Origin: Guillardia theta CCMP2712
Taxonomy: Eukaryota; Protista; Cryptophyta
Direction: 5' to 3'
DNA: 54,623 bases
NCBI RefSeq assembly: GCF_000315625.1
Contig: NW_005434633.1
Coordinates: forward strand, 460,645 to 515,267
The notes under the pieces were generated by a model. That model was not told the DNA's origin and searched no databases. It saw only the letters and a list, made by a program, of their open reading frames with translations. A program made the position numbers and the translations under genes. Shown here piece after piece: positions 24,741-36,439 of the stretch. The first letter of the stretch is position 1. The number at the start of each line of letters is the position of its first letter.

Positions 24741-25299
24741 CTGCTGTTCATCCTACCTCTCGTCCTCCCACTCGTATCCTCCTCCTCCTTCTCCTCCTCC
24801 TCCTCTTCACTTCTCAAGGCTGCCTGGCATGCTCTATGTGGGTGAGTTCGGCATGGAATCCGTCCCCCTACCCCGCTTGCCCCCCATCCCCCGACCGTCA
24901 CTCATCACCCCCTTACCCCACGTCACGCTGACCGTCCGACTGCCGCATCCCGGGCCCTAAGTTACCGGGCCGCCCTTGTCCGGGGCCTGCGCAGGCCCGG
25001 CCTGCGGCGTTACTTAGGCTGCTGCCACGGCCCCTCAGGGCCTGGCTGTCTCACCCTTACAGCCTTGCACTACTGTCCTTACCGCTGCCGCTGCCGCGGG
25101 GCTGAGGCGGGGCGGGGCCCGGTAACCCAGTTCAATACGGTTTAGGCTCTTTACTCAAAGTTAAGTTAAAAATCAGGCTCATTACAGTGCAGACTGCTGG
25201 GGAGGAGGGGGGTGGGAACACAAGCAGGAGGGGTGGTGGGGCCAGCTAGTCAAACTAATCACTGGTACCGGTGTGAATGAAGACCAAGGACGTTACAAA

Positions 25300-25565
25300 G
25301 GAGGAAGAGAAGAAGAGAGGAAGAGAGGAAGAGAAGAAGAGAGGAAGAGAGGAAGAGAAGAAGAGAGGAAGAGAGGAAGAGAGGAAGAGAGGAAGAGAGG
25401 AAGAGAGGAAGAGAGGAAGAGAGGAAGAGAGGAAGAGAGGAAGAGAGGAAGAGAGGAAGAGAGGAAGAGAGGAAGAGAGGAAGAGAGGAAGAGAGGAAGA
25501 GAGGAAGAGAGGAAGAGACGAGGAGACGAGGAGACGAGGAGACGAGGAGACGAGGAGACGAGGAG
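25300..25565. repeat. (GAGGAAGA)n / (GAGGAGAC)n purine-rich microsatellite
   Basis: Directly visible. Confidence 0.95.
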
Positions 25566-25569
25566 GCAG

Positions 25570-27075
25570 GATGAGCGCCATGTCGAGCCACAACGGTAAG
25601 GGGCTAGTAGAGACGTGTGAGAGGTCGAACACAGTTGGGAGCGATGGAAAAGTAAGCGAAAGATGGAAAGTTTCTAGTGGAGGCTGCGAGGAGGGAAGGC
25701 GTGAAGTAGGAAATGTTTTCTCCGGCAAGTCATTTGAGGACAGAATACAAGAACTTTGTTTTGTATCTTGAATCTAAGTTTGCACATGACGTCTACTCCC
25801 TCTGCTGATATCTCTCTCTTGGGCTCTAGCAGTTTGCAAATCGAGATGATCTCAGTTCTTCAGCTCCTTGACGATTTGTGCTTCTCATGTCGACCTGTCC
25901 GGACTGCTGGGATGTGCAGTGGAGCATGAGACCATGGAGCACCACGGAAAGCAAGCGGAAGGAAAGGGTTGGAAGGCGGTTCACACATTGAACAACAAGG
26001 GAGCTTTCTGTCAGGACAATTGGAGTCAGCTACACACTGCTGTGAAGAGTGGGTTCGTGAAATCCAGAGAGAAGTGAGTGTATGAGTTGCTGTTGTGATG
26101 CTCTGCCTGATCTGTAAGCGTGTTGTCTTCAAGCATGATGAGACTGTTATCCTTCAGCATTTGATCTCTGATCGCTCCATGTACAAACTAGTCGTGTGAA
26201 TTGCAATGGCTCGTCTTGTCAGAAGAGGTTTCCTGCTTGTGAGTATAGAATTTTTCTCACAATGATGTTGCATCAATGTTTGCGGAACATCACGTTTTTG
26301 TTTGCAATTTTGCACAATCAGAACATGAGGGAAAATTCTCTTTGCTGCGTCTGTTGAGCTCAACATATGAACTGTTCACTTGCAAACGTGTTATTTTGAT
26401 GGGAGCTGTCAGGTATTACAATGAGGTCGAATCTCTGTTTTCTCCATCGGCCAAGACAACAGAGAAGAAACCGCGTCCGATTCTTGGAGGAAAGAAGAAG
26501 GTACTCAAGACAGAGACTGTAAGACAGGACAGTCGGAGGAGCGACTTCATCGAACACAAGATAGACGAGGACGAGGACGAGGACGAGGACGGGGACTTCA
26601 ACAGCTTGATCGACTTCGACTTTGAACCCTCCAAGAAGGAGGTGGAGCAAAACAAGGAGGGGGAAGAGATTGAGATGGCAGGAGCCGTCGATGAGTTGCC
26701 GGCCGTCCCGTCCTATGAGGACAGGTTGATCAACAGCTCCATGCTGCGGAGCGAGTCTCGCAAGCCTCCTCCTCCTCCTCTCCAACTCGACCAGGACCTG
26801 AGCGATAGCAGGCCTGGGGAAAATGAAGAGGAGGCAGCAACTCCTCTTCCTCTCAAGGCCTCTCCACTGGCGTTGTCTCCACCTGCTCCTCCCCCAGCTC
26901 CCTCCCCAGCTCCCTCTCCTCCACCACCTCCTCCTCGTGAGCGCGCTGTCACAGAAACAAGAAGAAAGTCTCTTTGCGATCGTCGACCTTCAGCTGAAGA
27001 CAGCAGAGTGTCACATGGCGAGTGCCCTCCACCCTGGATCCAACGACAGGTGAGGGGAGAAAGTGAGGCAGGGGA

Positions 27076-27113
<38 letters not shown>

Positions 27114-27512
27114 ATGCAGATGCAGGAGCAGGAGCAGGAGCAGGAGCGGGAGCGGGAGCGGGAGCAGGAGCAGATGCAGGAGCGGGAGCGGGAGCAGGAG
27201 CAGGACTGGCCCGAGGTGTAGAACAGAGCAAGAGCAGCAGAAAAAGCAGTGGCAGGAGGGCCAAGAGGAGGAATAGGCAAGGGGAGCTGGAGGAGAAGAA
27301 GACAGGAATTGGGAAGGAGCAGGAGGAGCGGGCGCGGGAGCGGGAGCGGGAGCGGGAGCGGGAGAAGGTGCAGTGATTTGATGCGGATGGTTTCACCAGG
27401 CAGGGGAAATCGTTCGATTACTCTCCGATGGCGCTCAGAAGATCGGAAAGAGCAAAATATGGAAAACAGATCAAGCCAAGTTGGTGAGCAATGTTGATAA
27501 CGATGATACTCA

Positions 27513-27562
<50 letters not shown>

Positions 27563-29350
27563 GCGACATGAAAAAGGAGCAGGAGCAGGAGCAGGAGCAG
27601 GATATGACGGTGGAATTTAGAGATGGAAAGGAGGGGAAGGAGAAAGGGAGGGAAAGGGAGAAAGTTGTCAAGGAAAACAAGAGCTTGATTTCCTGTTTTC
27701 TCTGATCCACAACGGTCTCAGCTCATCAAGAAGTTACAAGACAAGTCCATCAAGAGGCTACTAAGACATGTGTCGCTGCTAACGATGGGAGAGAACGGGA
27801 GATTTTGTGAGTTCGACGTCAACGCCGACATGTTTCGGATCTTTGAGCTCAAGGATGATCGGTTGAGAGAAGCACTGCTGTGGGAGGTGAGAGAAAGAAT
27901 TTCATTTCATCCTCTGTTATGGGAGATTGTTTTCATTTCTTGATCTCATGTTTTATGGCTACTTCCCAAGTCTTGTTTGTTCATATCACGTCTTGTAACT
28001 GGATCTCTTTGTTGTTTGCCATGTTTGTGCAAGCTCCACTCGGTTGTCCTCCATTCATACCTCCTTGCATGTGAAAGTCTCTTGTCTTGGCTTTTTCTCT
28101 TTGTCGTTGCGCCTTGAAGTCGTCTGTCTCTTGCTCGCAACAATCTTCCTGCTCTCAATATCTGCAATCTTTTCTCTCTTCTCCTCTCCTCTCTCCTCTT
28201 CTCCTCTCTCCTCTCTCCTCTCTCCTCTCTCCTCTCTCCTCTCTCCTCTCTCCTCTCTCCTCTCTCCTCTCTCCTCTCTCCTCTCTCCTCTCTCCTCTCT
28301 CCTCTCTCCTCTCTCCTCTCTCCTCCCTCCTTCCACATCTCCTCATCTCTTCTCCTCAGGGATCCTTCAAGGAGATTGAAGTCAAACCATCAAAGGATCG
28401 AAAGTTTGCAGGCAAACACAACTTTATCCCTCTCACCCTCTCTACTCATCCCAAATGTTCCTCCTCTCTAATACTTCTCCTCTCTCCTCATTCTCTTCTC
28501 TCACGTATCTTTCTTGCTCCACTCTCAAGTTATCTTCTCTTTTCTTTTCGCTCACATTCTTCTGCTCTCCAGTCATCTCGCCAATCCGCAATCAGAAGTC
28601 GTTGAAATGCTCTAATATGAACTTCTCCTCTCACATTTTTCTCAGCCTCTCCCTCGTCGTCGGCTATAGGAACTGGCTGGACTTTATTGAGAGGGTTTTC
28701 TCACACCATATAGATTGTCACATCTCATCTGATTTCCATTCAAGGTTCAGAGCATTCACAAGCGCATCGATTGCACTATCAGGGGTTTTGTCAAGGTTTG
28801 AAAACAAGATGATGTATCGCAACGATGCTGATGTTTTGCAAACAGAATTTCTTCACTTCTCACTCCGTCAAGTCAGCAACTTACCTCACTTCCCCTCCCC
28901 CGGCTCATTCTTTTGCAGGAGAATCTTTCAGCGTTATCAGTTTGAAGATCATGACAAAGGTGAGAAAAGTTTGTGAAAGGTGTGAGAATGAAATTGAGAT
29001 CAACAGTGAATATATCCGATGGCTACATGGTAGAGGGCAAGCAGTACAAACTCAACGTAATATCTCCTCTCCTCTCCTCTCCTCTCCTCTCCTCTCCTCT
29101 CCTCTCCTCTCCTCTCCTCTCCTCTCCTCTCCTCTCCTCGCCTCTCCTCTCCTCTCCTCGCCCCGCCTCCTCCTTTCGTCTTGTACATCCTCCTTCTCCC
29201 GTCTCTTCCTCCTCTCTGCTCCTCTTCCGACGTTGCCGACGTTGCTGTCAGATGCGCGACCCTTGTGTGGACAAGGACGTACTTGCTGAGAGACTCTGGA
29301 AGGACGTGAAGTTTCAAAACATGCCAACGTCCCCGACTTCATCGTCAAAG
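25570..29350 (+). CDS. Multi-exon hypothetical protein with a large disordered Pro/acidic exon; 3' end near an assembly gap
   Basis: Long ORF at 26276-27376 plus many short GT-AG-bounded coding-like blocks. No family recognised. Confidence 0.45.
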
Positions 29351-29395
29351 GTGCCCGCAAGTCTTCTTTTCTCTTCTCTTCTCTTCTCTTCTCTT

Positions 29396-29495
29396 NNNNN
29401 NNNNNNNNNNNNNNNNNNNNNNNNNNNNNNNNNNNNNNNNNNNNNNNNNNNNNNNNNNNNNNNNNNNNNNNNNNNNNNNNNNNNNNNNNNNNNNN
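29396..29495. other. Assembly gap (others at 30645-30744, 45030-45129, 45195-45294, 46428-46527 and 50561-50660)
   Basis: Runs of 100 N. Confidence 1.
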
Positions 29496-29599
29496 TTGAA
29501 GTAGTTTGGTTGTAAATGATGAAATCAAAAAGCCCAATTCCACAAATCCAACACACACGTTAGACTCCCTTTCACCTACATCCCACGTCGGCAGTGCAA

Positions 29600-30446
29600 A
29601 CAAGCACTACTACCCAATGGCAACTCAGCAATGTACAGAAGTTTCATTCCGATCTGATGATAGAGATCGGTCTGAATGAAGTTCCCTGCACATTTAGAAA
29701 GGAACGTGAGCACGCAAGACACGTCAAGAGTCCTCCTCCTCCCTCACCATGAGCGGCTGATTGAAACCCCAGCCACTTCCCACCATGCTGTTCTTCAACC
29801 CTATCTCTGTCTCTCTGTGGCTCTGCTGCATGAACAAGAGCAATCAAACATCCGGAATGACGAATCGAACGACAGATAGGAGGCGATTGCGCATTTCAAG
29901 AGGAGTTACTGACTTTGTAGAAGAAGGTTTCCTATCAAGCAGAGGCGAGGAGGAGGAGGAGGAGCAGGAGCAGGAGCAGGAAGAGGAGCAGGAGCAGGAG
30001 CAGGAGGAGGAGGAGGAGGAGGAGGAGGAGGAAGGGAGTACAAGTGACAGCAGCAGCAGAGAGAACGAGGTCATGGCCCCTTGAGCAAGACTCACCGTAC
30101 TGAGCACCTCAGTGTTGACGGTCTTCTCCTGAGGACGAGAGTTCTGATTGCAGTTCCCCCATGAATGAAGAGCATGCCTCTCCCCGAAGGTCTTAGGCAT
30201 GCAGAACAGAGCCCAGGGCATGGTTGGCCGCTCTTGATCCTGCTGCAAGGAAGGTGACTGGCACGTTGGTAGACAAGCGATCAGCAGGGAAGAGGAGGAG
30301 GAGGAGGAGGAGGAGGAGGAGGAGGAGGAAGGGGAGGCGGGGGGGGGGGGGGGGGGGGCGGGATTAATGTCGCTCCTTGCCATAACAATTTTTTTCCACT
30401 TTTTCGTCTTGGTTCCCGAAACATGGCAAGGTTCGGCATGGGTCAT
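29600..30446 (-). CDS. Multi-exon hypothetical protein (partial)
   Basis: GT-AG-bounded blocks: DQERPTMPWALFCMPK...EVLST, ETFFYK, ...SGWVSISRS and NFIQTDLYHQIGMKLLY. Confidence 0.35.
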
Positions 30447-31019
30447 GCGGCATACGCGTTACGCTACAACGGCCGCCTTGGCTAGCGAGATTCGTGTGGG
30501 TTTTATTGAAGAAAAAACTTGTAGGAACGATTAATGGTGTGGATAGTCACCTAGTCCTCACAGGGCTCCATTTTTATAGCAAGGTCAACCTGTTGTGGTG
30601 TGGTGACCTCTCATGATCAGAGCTCTCTGCGTCTTTTTTATTACNNNNNNNNNNNNNNNNNNNNNNNNNNNNNNNNNNNNNNNNNNNNNNNNNNNNNNNN
30701 NNNNNNNNNNNNNNNNNNNNNNNNNNNNNNNNNNNNNNNNNNNNTCCTCCTCCTCCTCCTCCTCCTCCTCCTCCTCCTCCTCCTCCTCCTCCTCCTCCTC
30801 CCTCCTCCCTCCTCCTCCCTCCTCCCTCCTCCTCCTCCTCCCACGCTCTCAGCCTCCCCACACTCATGGCACTTCACGGTTCTATTTCGGGATTTGCGGT
30901 GCCTGGCCCGACTACTAAAAACGATTAGCTCAGGGTCGTTCGAAAATATGGTTTAGCTGAAAGATTTATCATGCTTTGTTTTACTTGATGAGCTAAATGA
31001 CTTATTACCGCTCTCTTTC

Positions 31020-32262
31020 ATGGTGGTGGGAGGAGGAGGAGGAGGAGTGAATAGTGGTGGAATCGTTCAGGTGACAGTGCTCTTCCTTACTGTTCTGTTT
31101 GCTGCTTGCATGCTCTGGTTCCGAGGAAGGAAGAAAGCTGCAGGCAGAGAGCAGGAAGATGCAAGGCAGTCAGAGAACGATGCGAGAAGGAGGGTGATTC
31201 TGCAGGTTTCTACACAACATCCCATACTTTGATTAATGACGCAAGTTCAGGAGCGATGGCGAGAAACTGAACATCCTAAGGGACAGAAGCCTTCTGCTGG
31301 CGCCGTGGCAAGGGGAGAGAGTGAACAGGGGTCTGGGGAAACAAGAAAGCAGGAAGTCAACTCCTACGAGCCGAGCGGGCAGGTCGAAGACAAGTTGGAC
31401 CAGCTCATAAGTCGTGCTCAGAAGACTGGGATCATGAACTTTGTTTCTCCACCCAACAGTGAGCTGTTCTACTCCGTCTGCCCGAAGCTCAGAACCATGT
31501 CGTTACACGACAAATGCCTAGTGAATCTCCATTTCTTGACAGGGAACTTGAAGTTCAGCTCTATGACGATTCTCGATTTGAGTCAGAACGTGATTGGGGA
31601 TGTAGATGTCTTGTTCTTGAGCTCATTCCCCGTCCTCAAAAAGATCAACATGAGCAAGAACAAGATACATCACCTCCCAGACTTGGGATGGGAGAACTTT
31701 GCAAACGTGCAAGAGATAGACGTGTCTGACAACATCCTAGAGGAGCTTCCAGAGGGCATGCGAGAGCTGTCTCGGCTCAGGGTGTTGATAGCAAGCAACA
31801 ATCGGATCCGACGTATCCCAGATCCCGTCGCTCGACTTGCATCCATCACCGACATGGACTTCGAGGCGAACAGGTACTCATGTGATCTGCATGGATGCAC
31901 TTCTAGTGATGTTGTCGATAGCCTGGAGGAGATTCCGCTAGCGTTTGCTGCAAATCAGACGCTGAAGAGGTTGAACGTGCAGTCAAACAGGATCACAACG
32001 ATCGCGAAAGAGATGTCCGCCCTCCTGCGTGTGATCGGCACGTCGTTGACTGTTTCCTGGCAGATTGGAGGCAACAAACATCGAGCGTCTGAGCACGAGG
32101 GGAAATCCGATGGAGATGAGGCTGCAGGACGGGGTTGAGTCATACTTGCAGCGAAAGAACTTGAAAATCATTGAGAACGGCGAAATCATCTCCTTCAATG
32201 CGCTGGAGATTGCGAAGGAGAGGGAGACTGGCAGGGCTCTGCTCAAGCAGAAGCAGACTTGA
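31020..32262 (+). CDS. Leucine-rich repeat protein with an N-terminal TM anchor
   Basis: Repeated LxxLxLxxNxI/L units (LDLSQNVI, INMSKNKI, IDVSDNIL, LIASNNRI, LNVQSNRI); about 3 short introns. Confidence 0.85.
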
Positions 32263-32432
32263 TGTATGAATTTGAGGAGGTGTGAATAATATGTAAACTA
32301 GCCAGGAGGAATGTCGGAATGGTAGAGTTTGCGTGCGCGAAACGAAGTGCTCACGTGCACGGACCATCATCCTCAAAGATGTCAGGCAAACACTGTTATT
32401 GTTGTCATGTAGAAAAGAAACACCGCTATCCT

Positions 32433-33783
32433 TTAGACATTGTCTCCAGGCAGAGATCCACCGTTGGGGATCCCATAGCTGTCAGTGTCAGACTTGGAAG
32501 GAAAGAGCGACCCGTCGAGCTCATGGAGCATGCCGACATGAGCGAGGTTCGGCCTGCCTCCCCTGGCATCGTGGATGTGCTGAGCAGCCTCGAAGATGCG
32601 GAACAGACCCGCGTCAGCCTGATCCTGTGACTTCTCGAATGCCTTGAGGCTCTGGTCGTGAAGGTGGAGCATCTTCTGGCAGTCGTCGTCAGAGTCCCTC
32701 TTGCAGTCTAGGAGGGCATCCTTCAAGTCCTTGGCGTCCTGCGAAAGCTTGTGCTTCTTGTACACCGGGAGGGACGCGAGCCTCGACACGGGAGGGGCAG
32801 CACCACGGAGGACATTGCCCTTCCTGTTGACCGGCACTGGGCCCTTCATGCTGACCAGGATGTTCTCAGCGAGATGTCCGTAGCTGCCACTCCTGCGTGC
32901 CTGCTCCATGATCGGCACAGCACTAGCCACCGGCAACTTGTGGGTGACGGGATGAGGATGGGGGTGAGCTGCTGCGTGCTTCACGTTGTGCGCTACAGCA
33001 TGAGCACGAGCCTGGACGGGATGAGCAGCAGGGCGAGGAGCGGCAGTCTTGGCAGCAAGGCCCATCAGTTGGTTGGGATTCACAATGATGGCACCAGGCG
33101 GCACGTGCCCAGGAGCGGCGGCATAGAGTCGCTCGGGAACGTACCTAACGCCATTGACTGAGAACGGAGCAGGAGCCAGCAGCGAGGAAGGAGCTGCCGA
33201 GGAGAGGTGAAGGACAACAGCTACTGCAGCCACGAAGGCGAGACCGATCACGGCAGCAACGGGAGCCAGTTTCTGTCAAATCAATCAAGTCAAAACAATC
33301 AATTCCGACGACGACGATGAATGTTGAGGGATGATAGAGCGGGGAGAACCAGTGAGTATTTAGAGCATGACATCAAGAACAATGGAAGAGGTTGGGGCGG
33401 GACGGCCGTGAGGAATGATTAGAGTAAACATTCGGAGGTAGGACGATGAGGAGAGGTAAGCGAGTGGGAAACCACGATGGAGACACGATAACAGATAGGC
33501 AGGAACAAGTTATGGAAAACAGGGCAAAGATAACAGAAGGAGACGAGGAGAGAGGAGATAAGAGCAGAAGGAGAGCATTATAGAGGAGTAGGAGGGGAAA
33601 TGAGGAAAGAGAGACAGCAAGCGAGGATCAAGCAGGACAGCAGGACAGCAGGACAGCAGGACAGCAGGACAGCAGGACAGCAGGACAGCAGGACAGCAGG
33701 ACAGCAGGACAGCAGGACAGCAGGACAGCAGGAGAGCATGGGTCCCAGCAAGGAATATCTACCTTGAACTCCCTAGGCGCCAT
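32433..33783 (-). CDS. Hypothetical type II membrane or secreted protein
   Basis: Exon 1 MAPREFK, intron ~33275-33762, then a hydrophobic segment and a 272-aa ORF. Confidence 0.7.
33633..33732. repeat. Intronic (CAGGACAG)n 8-bp tandem repeat
   Basis: About 12 perfect units. Confidence 0.95.
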
Positions 33784-34592
33784 AGCGAAGTGTCGCGAAG
33801 GGTATACCAGGGGTACTTAAAGAAGAGGAAAGAACCGGTATAAAAGTTGGGGGTCCGAAGGATCACCGGTGGGTATGAATTATCGATAACAGTACGGGTG
33901 ATAGAGGTTTAGTCCTCGAATCCTAGGGGTACTTCAGCAATGACCATATACATTTCAGTCCAGAGAGGGGTACTTTTATTTTGAATTAGCTTTTAGAGGG
34001 TGGGGTGATATAATACATGGGGTCCTGGCAATGGAGGGGTCCCAGGGTGGAATCAGGGGTGGAATATAGCTGTATGAGTGGGGAGGTGGTTATTGTGCGA
34101 ACGGACAGACCATGCTGACCAACTTGGTGAGTGATCGGAGGGGAGGGCAGGGGCAGGACAGGGAGGACAACGAGGAGGAGACGAGATAGAAAATCTCAAT
34201 GACAAGGACAAGTACAAGGACAACAAGGATGTGGTGTAGTCAAGGACTATGACGAGGGCATGGACATAGATAGGGTTTTGGAGCAAGGAGTATAGAAATG
34301 AGACGCTCACAGTGGATTTACCAAATGATCAGGAGACAGGGAAAGAATAGAAAGAGACTTGGGCAGGTGCTGATGTGCATATAAAATTTGTGGCTGCCTC
34401 TCTTGTTGAACCCTATCATAACATCACATGTATTATGGTGATCTTGGTACGGGCAATGAGGGGTTGTTGTTGTGGCTTACTCCTATTTTTGTCATGAACG
34501 ATCGCCATCTTTTGAAGAAAAATATCTGAAATGTGATTTCAACTCGTAGTTCTTTGGTGTCATTTGAGTGAACCCTGCTAGCTCTGATCGAA

Positions 34593-35020
34593 ATGTCGCG
34601 GGTTGCTAGACAACCGATGCTTGTTGTTATCTTAATCTTGCTGTTTGTATCCACAATGTTGCCTCTTGTCTATTTTTCTGGGCATAAACTTGATGCACAT
34701 TCTTGCTTGTCACACTATTGTGTTTCTCTCCTGCTGCTAAGCATTATTGCCGCTGACACGACTTCACAGATTGCCCAGTCTCTCGACATGCTCGGAGAGC
34801 GAACTGCTGACCGCGCTGTGTGTTACATGATCTCGCGGTTTCCAGCGTTTATCTCACCTTATCTACAGTTTGCGGATGATGCCTTCCAGAAGAAAACCGA
34901 AGCTCTCCTCGCCAAGGCTGCCAACAAGGTATTCTTGGATGGTTCTCTGTGAACGTATGCATGCCTGACGTCATGAAGGTCCTGTCTTGCGAAGATCGCC
35001 AGCGAGCATGCTTCAACTAA
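34593..35020 (+). CDS. Small hypothetical membrane-anchored protein, spliced
   Basis: Hydrophobic N-terminus; short intron-like blocks. Confidence 0.4.
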
Positions 35021-35322
35021 GTTTGCCGCTGTACAAGTTTGCAATAGGAAAATTGAATGAATGTGCGCTCTGAATTCATTTTTCATCTACACTAAGCATG
35101 TTTTATCTTTGTGTTTCACTCCCCTGCCACAACTGAGAGCAGTCTCCCAAGAGAACTTGTCACAGACTTTCAGAGTTAGAGAGAAGATATGCGTATCAGA
35201 GAAGATATGCGTGTGCTTTGTTTGTGAGCCAGCACCCCGGAGTCAGCTTCGCTGGCGTTGGATTTCCTTCCTACATCCGTTTCTCCCTTCAATACCATCG
35301 CTACAAAAATGATTTTCGCAGT

Positions 35323-35774
35323 TTATGGTCGTGCACTATGCAGAACAGCAGATAAACTTGTCCACTCCATGACACGTGGTATCTCGTCAGCCGAACTCGC
35401 CGGCAAATCATGATTCCAGTAGGTCAGCTTCGGAAAGCTCCCTTCAACCTCCAATGAACCCTCCTCTAGATCTCCGCCATGTGAGCGAAGGACATAACCT
35501 GTGGGGAGACAACGATATCATCATCAGTATCAATCGATCCCACAGAGCTTGCACCCTCACCGGAGTATCCTGACGGCAGCTCCATACACGCCCCGCGCAG
35601 GGTTCTCCCGCGGAAGGAGGCAATGAGCTCCTCTTTATTCGCCCCTTCTTTCACGGGTTCATTGACATCGTACTTGAAGAAGGAAGAGACTTTCGCTGCT
35701 CCGGTGTAGCTCGTCTTGCAAGGAATCGCGTGTACCTCCACTTCCCCCACTTCTCTTCCTTGTACTCCAGCCAT
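35323..35774 (-). CDS. RNASEH2C: Ribonuclease H2 subunit C
   Basis: VHAIPCKTSYTGAAKVSSFF...ASFRGRTLRG...LPSGYSG, intron, then YVL...FRKLTYWNHDLP...VMEW..LSAVLH. Confidence 0.9.
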
Positions 35775-36439
35775 GGCCCGTCGGTTCCCGCTCGGGGCTC
35801 CCTCGTCCCCTCACTGACCCAATCCGACTACAGATGTGCAGACAGATGTGCCAGTGCTGACAGTAGATGTGCAGACCGACCGGGCCGTACTACGGTACCG
35901 ATCATCGGATGCCAGTGTGACCTAACGCCCGGCCCGGCCGTTCGGAACTGAGCCCTCCGAGTCACGGTGTCTCTGTGAAGGGCCGGGCCCTGTGACAGTA
36001 GCGCCCTCTGTGAAGCCCTGTGCCACGGTGATCGGACAGTCACCGGCGGCAGTGTGAAGCCCTAGGTTACGTGACGGACAGTCACAGACTCCCGGCCCGG
36101 CGAGCCGTACCGTATAGTACTAGCTCACTTATCAGTATAGTACTGTCCGGGTGACTGCGGGGCCGGCCGCGATCCGATTGGCAAAGCCTGCCACACCGTT
36201 CCGAAGTCAAGTTCACACGGTTCAAGTTGAGAGTGAATTTCATGTTCACACAAATTGATTGAAACTGCTTAAGTAACCATGTGACGAAAATAAACGCTTC
36301 CGAGTCACCTCAAAGCATTGTTCACATGATGCACAACCTCGTTGAAAAAATCACACATTCCATGGCATTTTCTAATGCTCGCTTTTGATCATTTTCGAGC
36401 GGGGTACCTCAGCCCAGGATTTTTGAATGGTCGGCGCAC

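Noticed and set aside
25255-25771. EERKRGR and LPLFLSSS repeat proteins
   Set aside because: Purine microsatellite translations. The same applies at 28180-28330, 29060-29160, 50370-50750 and 51170-51350.
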